DNA of 64,000 nt from Lama guanicoe (taxonomy: Eukaryota): positions 992,001 through 1,056,000 of the forward strand of contig MU053472.1 in NCBI GenBank assembly GCA_013239625.1. The letters are read 5' to 3'. Below are positions 1 to 13,059 of the stretch, piece by piece; position 1 is the stretch's first letter; each line of letters opens with the position of its first letter. The translations under genes were made by a program, and so were the position numbers. The notes beneath the pieces are model-generated. The model made no database searches, had not been told where the DNA came from, and was given only the letters and a program-made list of their open reading frames with translations.

Positions 1-808
1 TAGGGGGTTTGTTCGAGGTCATGCTGCTCACAGGTGCTGAGGGCTGGATTATAAGCTCTCATATGTGGAGCCTGTGAACTTGACCAACTAGTTGCCCTGG
101 CTGACTCAGAGGTGGCCCGTCCAGCCAAACACAGGCTGGTGGGTCCTTGCAGAGGTCAATGTGACAACCCTCCTGTCCCTTCCCCCTCGTCCCCTTCCCC
201 AGCTCAGGCTGACTGCATGTGAGGGGAGCCTGGGTACCCCAGGGAGGCAGTCCCCACAAGCTCCCTGCATCTGCCATTCAAAATCTTCCCTCTTCTCATG
301 AGTCTAACCTAAATCCTTCAAGTTTCAGGGCGGTCCTGGGTGCCTCTCACTCACCCTTCCACCATCATTTCCACCCACCCACCGCTAACCTGGTGACAGC
401 CTCTGGAGGGAGCAAGAAATGAGATCAACAGCCCCACTGGGGGCAGATGGGGCCCACGGCCCAGCCCTCTCCCTGCCCTCAAGTGCCCACAGAAAAGCCC
501 AGGTTTTGGAGTCAGTGGACCTGGGCTGCTGCCCCAGTTCTGCCTTCCTTAACCATGTGACACTGAGCAAGGATGTTCCTCGACCTTCCTGAGCCTCAGT
601 TCCTTGTCTGTGAAGTAGAATCCATCATCCTTATGGTCGCCAGGCTTAGACGCCACAGTGGGCCGGCAGCCTGAGCACTGTGCTCCTGGGGCACCTCTTG
701 GGCTCAAGATGAACACTGCTTTCCTCTCCCGCCTCCCTCTCTTCTCCCTCATCCCCATGGAAACCACGAGGCATTTTCCATGGAAAAGAAAACCTCTGAG
801 TGTTTTCT

Positions 809-893
809 TTTTTTAAATGGAGATACTGGGGATTGAACTCAGCACCTCCTGCATGCTAAGCATGTGCTCTACCACAGAGCTATACCCTCCCCC
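809..893 (-). mobile_element. tRNA-Ala-derived SINE (vic-1-like)
   Basis: Reverse complement reads GGGAGGGTATAGCTCTGTGGTAGAGCACATGCTTAGCATGCAGGAGG...TTCAATCCCCAGTATCTCCA plus A tail; TSD ctgagtgttttct (796-808) / ctgggtgttttct (894-906). Confidence 0.9.
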
Positions 894-1284
894 CTGGGTG
901 TTTTCTAATTACACCTGGGAAAGTGTGGCTGGAGCTTGTGACAAGCAGATTTTTCCCTTTATTGGATGCCAAGTACCATGCAGGGCACACCCCCACATGG
1001 CATCTTATTCCGTCTTCTCTATGCCCCAACAAGGTCCAGAGAGAGGCGGTGCCTCACCTAAGATCACAAAGCGAGGAAGAACCAGGGCTGGGTGGGAATT
1101 AGTTCTGTCTGCAGGTGGTTGGAGGCCAAGGGGGTCTTCCCCTACCCAGATTGCCCCCCTCCCAACCTCCCAGCCAGGGGCACTGGTGGGGAAATGCAAT
1201 CACATGCACAAGGTGGGAGGGAGCTTGCTGTTCCAATTCATAGATGAGGAAACTGAGGCCGAGCAAAGATAAGAAGCTCGACTG

Positions 1285-1630
1285 AGGCTAGAGGCTCCAC
1301 TTCTGAGATGACTCACTCCCATGGCTGTTGGCAGGAAGCCTCAGTTCTTTACTGGCTGTCAGCAGAAGGCTTCAGCTCCTTGTTACATGGGCCTTTTCAC
1401 AGGGCTGCTTAAATGTCCTTGTGACCCGACAGCTGGCTTCCCCCTGAGTGATCCACAGGAATGCAAAGAGGAAGGTGCAGTGCCTTTTGTGCCCTAATAT
1501 CCTAAATCACACACTGTCACTCTGCCTTTTTTGGTTGTTAGAAGGAACCCATGTTCTAGAGGAAGGGAATTTGACTCCATCTTTGGAAGTGAGAACCATC
1601 AAAGAATTTTAGTATTTTAAATCCACCACA
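1285..1630. mobile_element. MaLR (MLT1-type) LTR fragment
   Basis: ctcactcccatggctgttggcaggaagcctcagttc...cacagggctgctt...cagctggcttccc...gcagtgccttt...tcacacactgtcact. Confidence 0.7.
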
Positions 1631-4600
1631 GTGTGTGAGGTGGGGTCAGGGCACTGGGATTTTAAACACTCCCCTGGTGACTCTAACATGCAGTCGGGAC
1701 TGAGACCCACTGAGATGGAAAGTCACCACCTGGAGGGGGTTGAGAAGGGAGACTCAGCAGGACATGACTTCAGGGCTGAGCCAGCCCCCAAGTCCTCCTT
1801 CCCCAGGGAAGCCCACATCGGCAGTCTCAGCCCAGGTCCCCTCCCCGGCCCCTCCCTCACCCCTTCCAGCTCACCTCCTCTGGAGGCCTTCTCAGAGACC
1901 CCCACCCACAGGCTGCAGGCCCCCAGCCCAGCATCAGCCCTGCACTAGCTGCCTCTGGGTCTGGTTTCAGGCCTGTGCAAACGTATGGGTTGGTGTGAGC
2001 ATGTGTGTGCACACGTATGCGTGTGAATGTACCCACACAGCCTTGTCCGCTCACCGGCCAGGGTTCCCAGACAGAAGGGACCCATCTTCTCGGCCCCCCT
2101 CTGCTGTCTGTCTTCCTTCATTTTTCCCCTTTCTCTCCCCTCTTTCTCTTCCCTCTCCTTTCTTTCTTCCTCTTGACTCTCCTCCACCTCCCCGTCTTTC
2201 TCTCTCCCCTTCCTGATCCCGTGGTCCCTACGCCCTCTCTCTCTTGCCTGTTAGGAGGCCCAGTGGCTCCTCTGTGACTATTTTGATGAAGCCACCCTGA
2301 GTGAATGTGGCCCTGGACTTCCCTGCCCACCTCCAGGAATCCCCCAGGTCCGGCCACTCAGGGTCTCAGGCGGGGCCCGCTTCCTATATCTTTAACCCCC
2401 GGGTGGAAGAGGGCACGGCTGAGGGGTGGTGGGCAGGAGCCAGGAAGGAGCCAGTCCTGGGGCTGCGTCCATCTCCAGCCTCCTCTGCTCCTCACTGCCC
2501 GCCCGCGGTGGGCCTGGCCTGCGAGGCTCCAGAACCTTCCTCTCCATCCCTCTCTCTGCCCGTTGCGTGGGCTTCCTCTTGGGGAGGAGCAGGCCCTGGC
2601 CACAGCTTCGAAGGCAGCCTGTGGAAATGAGGAGAGCAGCCCTGCCCTAGTAATGAGGAGAAGAGAGAACTCCTCTCGGGAATTAATGAGACCGCCAAGA
2701 ACAAAAGAGGCGACGACCAGCAGAGGCCGGAGAGGCGGGGCCCCGTGCAGCCGTCCCCGCAGAACCGCACGCCCGCAATAATAGAGTGAGGAAAAATGGA
2801 GTAGAGATCCCTGTGGTAAAAACTATTAGAGGAGGCGAATTATAAAACTATTAACCAGAATGTAACTCCCAATTAAAAGATGATTTAACACTGGAACCTG
2901 ATGGATGAATTTTGATTAAATGGAGAACTATTAGGAGCCCAGGGATAAGGCTGCTCCTGCCAGTTCTAAAAGTTAAAAGGCAGTTTGATATAAAAATTTA
3001 TAAATTAAGGTTAATTACTTTAAATAACATGGCTGGAAGCAATGAAAGGAAATTTATCAGAATCTCCAGAGTTTGGGGCAAGATGGATACAGATGTCCAG
3101 GCTGGCCCCCAGGGAGCCTGGAGGTCAGGGTGGGGACAGCTGAGGCCAGTAAGAGGGCAGGTGATGTCAGTGCGCCCGTCAGGCCCGCCAGGAAATAAGG
3201 GATTGGCTGAGGCCGGCATGGGGTGCCTTCACTGCCCTCCACCCCAGGGCCACACCAAGAGAAGCCAGCTCTGGGAGATGGGCAGGAAGGAGGCCTCACG
3301 GCCCCAGGACTGGCCTAGGGAGCTAGTCGGATGGGGAGGACATAATCTCTCCTTGGCGAGCCCTCCCTCTGTTGGAGAGGACAGAGCAGGAGTCCCCATT
3401 CTATGACCTGCGGTTCACTGAGCACTCAGCAGGGTTGGGGACATCACCACAGTCCTGCCCCATCTGGAGTCACCAGCACCCCCCTTGCCTGACCTGCCTG
3501 GCCCTGCTCTGTAACTCCCAACCCCATGAGCCCTGATGGGCAGGACAGGGCCCTATAAGAGATTCCACAGGGTGCAGGCTGTTCTCCAATGCCCCAGGGT
3601 GGTGGGCCATAGGCACCCTGGAGGCTACCCACTGCCCGTGGCCCCAGACCTCCCTGGGCTGAAGGTTGTGCTTCCAGGAGACCCAGGCACTGCCCATACC
3701 CAGGGCAATTTGAACCCTCTACCGCCAGGCAGTCTCCTCCCTGCTCTGCCCTGGGCAACTCATCCCTTCCCCAGAACCCCATTCCTGCCCTGGGAGGATT
3801 TCCCCTGCAATTTCCCCAATTGCAGGCGGGGAGGCCTGCAATTGGCCTGGTCCTGTCCCTGGGAGGATGGGACCTCAGCAAAGGGCATCCCCCACAAGGA
3901 TGGTACTCAGCTCACTGCTACAACCAGACCCCAGGGGCTTTGAAAGGCCACATCCAGGAGATATTAGTACAAGGCTGTCCCCACGTGGGCCTTTGAGCCA
4001 AGCTCCTTGGGCTCCAGCTCCAATTCCAACACTTACCATCCTGCGTCTCCAGGCCTGACCTCATCTCCTCATCTGTAAAATGGAGATAATAATCTCTCCT
4101 TGCAGGACAGCCACGCAGATGAGAAGTAAAGGCCTAATGCATGGGAGGTTCTCAACAAACAGCAGGGATTCTCACCGCCCGTCCTCAAGTCTCATCTGGT
4201 GAGAAATGTCGCTCATTATCTGGCAGAACTTCACTGAGGCTTCCTGGCCCCGATGCATGTGAACACTTTGCAGGCATAAGGGGAAAAATACCTTCTTTAA
4301 TCTTCCCTACACCCTCTGAAGTCAGTCGAGTTATTTCTCCCATGTCACAGACAAGGAAACTGAGGGACAGAGAGATTCAGTCACAAGCCCCAGCCCTCAC
4401 AGCTGGCAGGGGCCGGTCTGGATCCAGGTCTTCCAGCAGCCGTTGCCCATCGCACACTGCCTCCCAGGGCACTGCGCTAAGGCGTTCACACTCCCTCTTA
4501 CTGTGCGTCCTACATAAACCTCAAATAAAGTATTTGGAGGTAGAACCAGTGCGCAAGGAAGGAGTGAGGGAATAGTGAAAGTGGGGAGGAGGGAAAGAAA

Positions 4601-6849
4601 GACAGGAGGGAGGAAGGAAAGAAAGAAGAGGAAAAAGCAAAAAGGAAAGGGATACGCTGGTGAGTTTATTTTTTAGACAAACCTCTGTGGGTGGGAGGTC
4701 AGAGTGTTAACCTTGGGGTGACGGGGGGGGTGCCCGAGGGAGACTCTGCGGGGCAGGAGACGTTCTGCTTCTGAGATGGGCGCTGATGACACAGCTGCTT
4801 TAACTTTGTAAAAATTCATCACTCTGTGTACTGATTTGTGCTCCTTCCTTTCCATTAAAAAGTTATTATAGTATACAATCTAAAAATGAACGTGATAATG
4901 GGTACATTTTATGGTGTGCAAAGTATACCTTAACAAAAGTGTTATTTAAAAAAATAAATACACCAGAAACAGCCCTTACTTGCTCTTGCAGTGCATAACG
5001 TAGACTACGTGTGAAAGGACAGAGAGCCCGCGTAGCTGGCGCTTGGCCCTGGGACCATCACCGAAGCCATTTAGCGGGCCCTCCCCACCCAGTGCCCTAC
5101 TCCATCCACATACACAGCTCAGGAAGTGATCCTTCCCGCTGCATTCTGTGAACTTGAGTGAGCTTTTATCCCTGAATTTTACTGGATGTGTTTACCACTC
5201 CCCCATCATCCCCTCCCTCTACCACACTTCTGTGTGAAGCGTTTTCTGTAAGTCTTTTAAATCTTGGTTGGACTAAAGGCTGAAACAAACAAAAAAAGAA
5301 GCCATCAGGGTGTCCTGTGCGGGTGGGGTGTGGAAGAGGGGCTGGAGGTGCGGGGTGCCCATGTCAGCACGTGCACCCCAGCCACATAGCTTTCCCCCTC
5401 CCAGCCTCTCTCATTTCCCTCAGGAACAAGGTGGGGAAGAGGGGGTGGGGAGGGCAACCTGATGGGCATAGCCCAAGCAAAAGTTTGGAGGTGAGGAGAG
5501 GGGCATTCCAGGACCAAGGAACAATGAGCCCCTGCAGGCCAGAACTGCCCTGAGCTCAAGGAAGGAATCAGGGTGCTTAGATTGGGGGACAATGTCGGGG
5601 AAGCTCCAAAAAGTCACGGACAGAAAAACATTATTGCAACTGAGACGAAGCTCACAAGATGGGGAGGCTCCCTTTCACGGTGTTACTGTTACTGCCGCTG
5701 TCATCACTATTGTTATCAGGGAAGCAGTGGGGTGAAGTACAGCTCTGTCCAAAGTCAGTTCCAAGGAACACTTCTCTTACAAGACTCTTTTCCCAACCAA
5801 CTTTTCCTCAGTCAAGAAGTTAATATTAACTCTGCCCTTCTCTTGGAACTCCCCAGCGCACACCAGCATAATACAGCCTCTGAGAAGTCCTGCAGCAAAT
5901 AACTTCTTTCACTTTTTGCAAACAGCCTTCCCTAAACAGAGTTGATCACAGGAACTTTTTTTACCCCATGACACTTACCAACACCCCAGGAATGGAGGCT
6001 TTGTGGATCACAGCTGGAGGAATGAGGGAGAGTGAAAAAGGCATAAACTCCAAAATGAGACAAAGTTCCATTTCAGCCTGTTTCAGTGTGGCCTTGGGGA
6101 CTTGGTTTAACCTCTCTGTGCCTCAGCTTCCTAGCTGGAGGAAGTACTGCCAATCTCAAAAGATGGTGGGGAAAGATAAAAAAATAAAAACACTAAGGGA
6201 AAAAAGAGAATAAAAAAAGGTTGTGGTGAGTTTTAACTTATGGTGGCCCGTAACAGATCCTCAACAAGTATTTGTCCACCCATTTTACAGATGAACTAAC
6301 TTGCTGAGAACACATAAGCAGGGAGCAGCAGCCGGGGTGGCAGGGGAGGTGGGGGGCTCAAATCTAGGTCTTTTTTTTTTTTAGTAAGTGCTTTCACCTT
6401 TATTTCTCTTGATACACCCCAGATACAGACATTTCATCCACAACAGGGCTAAGCGACGTTTTATGTAAGCTGGAGGCACAACCATGGCTCAAATAACATC
6501 TGGCCCAGCAACTAACCTCACTGAGAGGGCTCGTAGGAAGTTCACCCTCACCTTGACGAGCCATGACTTTACTGGAGAATGAATCACTCCAGGAGGATTC
6601 AGAAAATGAAGTCATGAGAAGAAGGTCTGTTATTTTTCTGGATCTCAGCGATCACTCTCAAGAGTCAGCTGTAGGTTGCTTTCTTTTCTTTCAGCAGCTT
6701 CTGAATTTGAGCAACAGATTCCTCCAGCATCAACCACGCCGGTGAACAGTGCCTAGGGTGGGAACACGGGGCAAGTGAGGTCCGTTTCGCTGAGGAGTCA
6801 TGCTCTGAAGCATAAAGGATGCAGGATTATGTCCTGACAGGACAGCACA

Positions 6850-7075
6850 GTAAGACCCTGGTCCATCCAAGACTGAGTCACGACTCCACAGCTCATAAGC
6901 TCGGTGACTGTGGGAAGGTCACTTAACTGCTCTGGTTTCTGCATCCATAAGGTGGCAATAAAAACAGTCCCCTCTACGTAGGGTCGTTCTGAGGCAGAAA
7001 TGAGTTAAAACAGGCAAAGTGCTTGGAACAGAGATTGACGTAAAGGCCCTCAATAAATGTGAGCCATTGTTTTAG
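6850..7075. mobile_element. MIR SINE (representative; further MIRs near 500-640, 8760-8890, 11960-12140, 26240-26400, 31360-31560, 39800-39970, 51530-51730, 60950-61100)
   Basis: MIR core motifs: tgtgac..gggcaagtcacttaac, gcctcagtttcc.catctgtaaaatggg, attttacagatgaggaaactgaggc. Confidence 0.75.
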
Positions 7076-7374
7076 TCACTACTACTGTTTATGGCTGGGC
7101 TCCAAGTCAGTTGACAGAAGGAGGAGGGAGAGGAGGCAAAGGATTCTTTCTCCCCAAGGGTCCTGAAAAGCAGAGGAGTCCCCCGTCTGCCAGGACCCCT
7201 CTTCCAGCCCTGTCCTTCTGCAGATGGCTGCCATGCCTGGGCCCCGTCCTGACCCTGCTGAGGTCTCACCACTGATGCCCACCCTCCTGGGGCTGTCAGT
7301 GCCGAGGGTGAACCTGGGATGGGCTGGTTCTCAGAGACTTCATCTCGCTCAAGAGTCATTGTGAGCTCAGCAAA

Positions 7375-7540
7375 AAATTCTTCTTTCTTATGGGAGAGTT
7401 GTATTCCATTACATATACACGCTGCATCTTCTTTATCCATTCATCTGTTGATGTGCCCTTAGGATGCTTCCATATCTTGGCAATTATAAATAATGTTGCT
7501 GTTAATAGGAGGGTGTATGTATCTTTTTGAATTAATTTTT
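7375..7540 (-). mobile_element. L1 fragment
   Basis: tattccatt...ttctttatccattcatctgttgatg...ttccatatcttggcaattataaataatgttgct...tatctttttgaatta. Confidence 0.8.
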
Positions 7541-8305
7541 ATTTTGTAGTTGGCTTTATTCCTTTGATAACTCTGCAAGTTTAAAAAGCTAAAGCTCTAA
7601 ACGTTCTTAGAAACAATGAACAGTGCATACACGTAAATTTTAAAAAATACGTGCAGTATATTGTGTATATGTATTTACATGCAATATATTATGTATGTGC
7701 AGTCAAACTGTAACAATTTTACCTAACAAAACTGAAAAGTTAAAAAAAAATACTATCCACAAAAAAAAAGTTATTGTGAGCCCACCCTCGCACACAGCTC
7801 GAATTGAAGCGGAGGACCTGACCTCTCCAACCACTGTCACTTCTGTGGCACTTCTGAGATGAGCAACATGGGCCCTTGCATCCACAACTTATCAGTGGAG
7901 AAACTAAGGCACACAGAAAAATTAAGGGACGCCCCTCCCCCTTCATAGCCAAATTTTGGAGCCTAGAGCCTAGATTGTCTGCGTGTATGTGTGTGACTGT
8001 CCCGAGGTCACCTGCCCCTGGCCTACAAACCCCCACACTTGTAAAGGCGGAGACCAGGGCTGCCTCTGCAGTAAGAGTCCTGGCACAGAGCTGATGCTGA
8101 ACAAGTATGTGATGGTTCAGTGAACCCATGGATGGACTGGCTGATGGTAAGAGAGACAATCTGGAGACATTGGTCTGTCGGGGAAGACGGACACTGGGTC
8201 AAGCCGTGTCCCTCTCATACAGAAATAAAATGCTGATAAACCTCCCCAGGGCCTCCAAGAAGGTCCAGGGCACCAAGAGCAATGGTGATTCTGAGAACAC
8301 CCCTG

Positions 8306-8357
8306 CCCACTCTGGCGGAGGCTGAGAAAATCCCAGGCCTAGGATCAGACCCTGTCC
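8306..8357 (+). repeat. 52-bp dispersed direct repeat, copy 1
   Basis: CCCACTCTGGCGGAGGCTGAGAAAATCCCAGGCCTAGGATCAGACCCTGTCC; 51/52 identical to 10127-10178. Confidence 0.95.
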
Positions 8358-10126
8358 CGTCCATATATGCAAGCCTGCCCTCCGTGACCCACGCTAGATA
8401 ATTAGCAACAGTGCCCTCCATTCCCAGGACTGGCTGTCCTCCCCACCTGGGAAGCATGCCCTCGAAAAATCACAATAGAACATCTGTCTGTGACCAAACG
8501 AAAAAGTAGGGGCATGGAGCCAGAAAATCACAAAGTGTGCCCCAAAGCCCTCTGGAAGGAAGCAAGTTGGGGCCTCTCTGCCCATCCCTGGGATGGTTCA
8601 CACAGTAGACCAATAGTAAAGCAGGTCTTCAGAACAAGTTGGACAAGTAAAGGGCTGAGGGCCCAGAGGATGGAGAGCAGACCCTGTTTCCCTTCCCCTG
8701 TAGAGGCTTCTTCCAAGAGTCCCAAGGGCAGCCTACCACAGTGCTGGGTTCACGTCTCACCAGCTGCATGATCATGGACAAGACACTTGCCCTCTTTGAG
8801 CCTCAGTCTCCTCATCTAGAAATTGGGTATGATGGCAGGTAGGCAGAGGGCTGCGGTGAGAATAAATATGAACTTGCACTTGGAAGAGCTTCATGAAGGG
8901 CACGATCAAGAGGCTTAGACCATGTGAACTGTTTTAGTGTTACCTTTATTAGAGAAGATCAGAGACTCAAAGCAGGATCCTGAGGCCAGTGCCATGACCA
9001 CCCCCAAGGGGTCCAGCATCTGCTCTGAGCTGGATTTTCTGAAACAGGGTCCAACCGAGGCATCAAACAAATGGGGAGAGGAGAGCAAGAAAGGCATGTG
9101 TGTGCAAGTGTCTGTGTGCACACACACGTCCATGTACATGTGGTATGTGCCTGTCCTAGTGTGCGTGTATGTGTGCCCCGGGGTAGGGAGGGGAGGGGAC
9201 AGAGGGGAGAAAGGGAGAATTGAGAGGAAAAGAAGAAAAGCAGAAAAGCACAGGGAAGAGGAGGACTGAGGCATTCGGTTACATGATCTAAATTCTAATC
9301 AAACATCATTTAAAGCGTGTTTTATTTCAGCCTCGGGAGAGCCGGTCCCTCCTGGCTGCTCACCATGGCAACGGGCCGCTCATTTCAGAAGTGTCATGCC
9401 ACATTATCGTCCTGCCGCCTCACACGCTCTCGCCGCCTGACAACTTCGCTCTGCCCCTTGTGACAACCATCCCCGCTCAGCTGGTTTATTTTTGGTGTCA
9501 GCCAGCCCCCCTCCCCTACCCCCTCCCCATCATCAGCGGATTGAAAGACAACCTCAGCCCTCCAGCCAGTGAGCATCGCAGCCTGTTTGGTGATAAGAGA
9601 TAATTTGAGGAGATATTTGCTTACATGTGTATGAACAATTTGCTGCATTAAGACAATTCCACCTGGTACATGGGGATGGGGGCGGGTGGCCAGTGCTCAA
9701 GCTGCCAACACCCCAGGAAAGAGGAGGGAGGGGGCATGCCTCATTTCTCAGGGCCCCTCCAAACTGGAGGCCCTAGGAGATTCTCAGCTGGCTGTCTTCC
9801 CCACCATCCTCCAGAAACAGCAGGCCCACCACTAACTCGCTGTGTGACCTTGTGCAAGTCACTCCCTTTCTCTGTGCCTCCCTTTCCTTGTCTGTCAAAA
9901 GGCGAGGTTGGACCAGCTAGGACCTGGGATCCCTGCCAAGTGTGGCAGTGAGTGAATCAATGGTTCTGAGGACCAGAGTGGGAGCAGCAGAGTGCCGAGG
10001 ACCCGAAAAGAGGACAGACCCCTGGTCTCGTCACCAGTATGAAGGTTGATGAAGGGAAACGAGGTTAGTGTGATGCAGCCCACCTCTATCCACATAACAA
10101 CTCAGAAAAGGGGGTTCCTGAAGCTC

Positions 10127-10178
10127 CCCACTCTGGCGGAGGCTGAGAAAATCCCAGACCTAGGATCAGACCCTGTCC
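10127..10178 (+). repeat. 52-bp dispersed direct repeat, copy 2
   Basis: CCCACTCTGGCGGAGGCTGAGAAAATCCCAGACCTAGGATCAGACCCTGTCC. Confidence 0.95.
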
Positions 10179-10729
10179 TGGGAAGGGCCCTTCTGGGACA
10201 CGCTACCCTGCTCTCTGCCTGGCTTTCTTCACAGGACAAGAGGCATCTCTGAAGCCACTCCCACCCCTCCATCATGTTCATACACTCAGTCCCACATGCA
10301 TCTCCTCCAGATCAAGGGCCAGATGGAGTTATGAAGGCAGATTCAGAAGAAGATGGGGGAGAGAGGCGCACCCTGAGACCCCAGGTAAGAAGCTAGGACC
10401 CCTGGTTCTCCGAGCCGAGAATGGATATAATGGGCTAAAAGACAAAGTGGCCCCAGCCAATGCTTCCATCTACAGAAAGCCAAGCATAGTAGTAAGAGCT
10501 GCATCCGCTCAGGGCTTCGGGGAGCCAGGCCCTGTCCTGAGATTATAAGGGTTTGGAACCCCCTCTCTGCAAGCCGTGCCCTCCTGCCCCACCCCCATGG
10601 GGTAAGAAGCAGGCCTGGGAGAGAGTGTCAGTCGAGGGGAGCCGGTGCCTCTGTTTACTCATCTGTCAGACGGGATTAATAACAGTTCCTACTGTACCTG
10701 GTGGCTGTCAGGATTAAGAGAAGGCTTAG

Positions 10730-11322
10730 TACTATATACAATAGCCAAGACATGGAAGCAACCTAAACGTCCATTGACAGATGACTGGATAAAGATGTGG
10801 TGTGTGTGTATACATACACACACACACACATGCACACATACACAATGGAATACTCCTCAGCCATAAAAATAGAATGAAATAATGCCATTTGCAGCAACAT
10901 GGATAGACCTAGAAATTACCACACTAAGTGAAGTAAGGCAGAAAGAGAAAGAAAAATACCATGTATCACTTATATGCGGAATCTTAAAAAAATGACACAA
11001 ATGAGCTTACGTACAAAACAGAAACAGACTCACAGACATAGGAAACAAACTTATGGTTACCAGGGGGAAAGGGGGTGGGGGAAGGATAAGTTAGGAGTTC
11101 AGAATTTGCAGATACTAACTACTGTATATAAAATAGATCAACAACAGGGTCCTACTGTATAGCACGGGGAACTATATTCAATATCCTGTAATAACCAATA
11201 ATGAAAAAGAGTATGAAAAGGAATATATATATGTATAACCGAATCACTATGCTGTACACCAGAAACACAACACTGTAAATCGATTATATTTCAATTAAAA
11301 ATAAAATAAAATTTTTAAAAAA
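10730..11322 (+). mobile_element. 5'-truncated, relatively young L1 (ORF2 end plus 3'UTR) inserted into a MIR
   Basis: aatagccaagacatggaagcaacctaa...gcagcaacatggatagacctaga...tatagcacggggaactatattcaata plus poly(A); TSD agaaggcttagtac / agaaggcttagcac. Confidence 0.92.
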
Positions 11323-13059
11323 AGAAGGCTTAGCACAGTTTGAGGCACATAGTAGGTGTTCAGTAAACGACAGCCATTAGAAGTTGTCTTACTAATCAGG
11401 GTCTGAGGGACTACGGCTTTCTGAGAACGAGCCTCACTTCCCCACCACCTTAACCTGTGGGCAGCTGGCTGCCGTGACCGGTTTTGCTCCCACTGAGGCC
11501 CTGTCCTGGGGAGTATGGACTCTCTGAGATACCTACCCCTGCCTCCCAGCCCCATGGAATTTCTCTTCTTGGTTTCTTTGAACCCTCCAGGAGTGCGTCA
11601 GACAGTGGAAGGTGATCTCCCACCCACCCCAGGTCCCACAGAAGGCACCTTTCTCTGGAACCCTCAGAACCTACAGGATGACCCCCTTCGGTCTGCCTCT
11701 GCCTCCTGTCTGCCCAGGGTTGAGGGTAAATGTTAGCTGAGAACTCGGACTTCCACTTACCTCACCTGGTGACCCTCTTCCCTGACCTGGGGTCTCACAC
11801 AGACTCCCTAGGAGAACTAGGTGCCCAGGAAAAAACACACTAGGGAGACATAAGCCAGCCTCCTTTCCCATTGAGCTCTGGGTAGGCTCCCCTAGGCCTC
11901 TGCAGCCTACCCACCAGTGAAGTAGAGATGCAGGGGGCTTCAGGAAGAAGAATCTCTCTGGGGTCAATGGGACTCAGGTCCAATTCCAGCTCCACCACCT
12001 CTCAGCTATGGAGTCTGAGATCAGGGGAGTGCCTCAGTGTTCTTATCTATAAAATGGGGATAACAACACATATTTCACAGGGTTGCTGGCATGATTAAAG
12101 GTATACTGAACACTTAGTAGGTACCCAATAAAAAGTAGCTATGATGAATAAAAACATCCAAAGCTGGAGCCAGAGAGCTGTTTGCCTTTCATCCTCTGGA
12201 AGCTTCCGTGTAGACTCACAGGGCTGGAGGCTGCTCTGGCCCGGAAATTGCGCCCTGGGCTTGCTTTTCCCTCACCCTCCTCCCTACTCTGCCTCTCTAC
12301 TGTCAGCTCAAGCCTGGGAAGTGACGGGCTAGAAGTGATCCACAATGTTATGCCCCTACTGGAGCAAGGCACACAGGCCCCAGCCTGGCTCGCTCTCTTT
12401 TCCCCTCTTTCTCAACAAAATAACAAAATGAATCAAATTACTCATCTCAACCCTCACCTGGGCTTGACTCAGAACTGGGAGGATTCAAGGGGTTCACCTC
12501 TAGGGGGGAGGGGTGGGGTTCTCAGGGAAGGAAGCTTCGGCCCCAAAGAGGAAGGGTTATCTAATCACACCCACGGTTCTGTGCTTTCTGAACATGAAGA
12601 GCATGTTTTGTTCTCATTATTATTTTCATGTATTATTTTCAAAGCAGCAGGAGGTTGCTGGACGCCAGCATCTCGTGATCCCATAAGCTCTCCACCCCTA
12701 CTCAGATCCCAGAGCTCTTGGAGGCAATGAATTGGGGGCACAGAGGGCTCAACACGGGCTGGGGAGTCCCACAGATCTGCATCTCTGCCTCCTCATCCCT
12801 CCCCAGCCGTGTGGCCTTCAGCAGGTTACCCAACCTCTTGAGCCTCAGTTTCCACTCTGCACTGTGGGCATAAGGCAGCTCTTGCCTCAGGACCCCTGTA
12901 TGGAGTTAAGGAGATGGTGCCTCCCACGCCCACTCCTTACAAGCAGACAGCCCCCAAGTCCTTGGGCTTTGGGCCTTCGCCTCTCAACTTCTCTCCTGAA
13001 GCAGCTTTAGGCAGAGGCCAGGGAGATGGGAGCCCTCATCCGTGGTCCGGGAGCACTTA

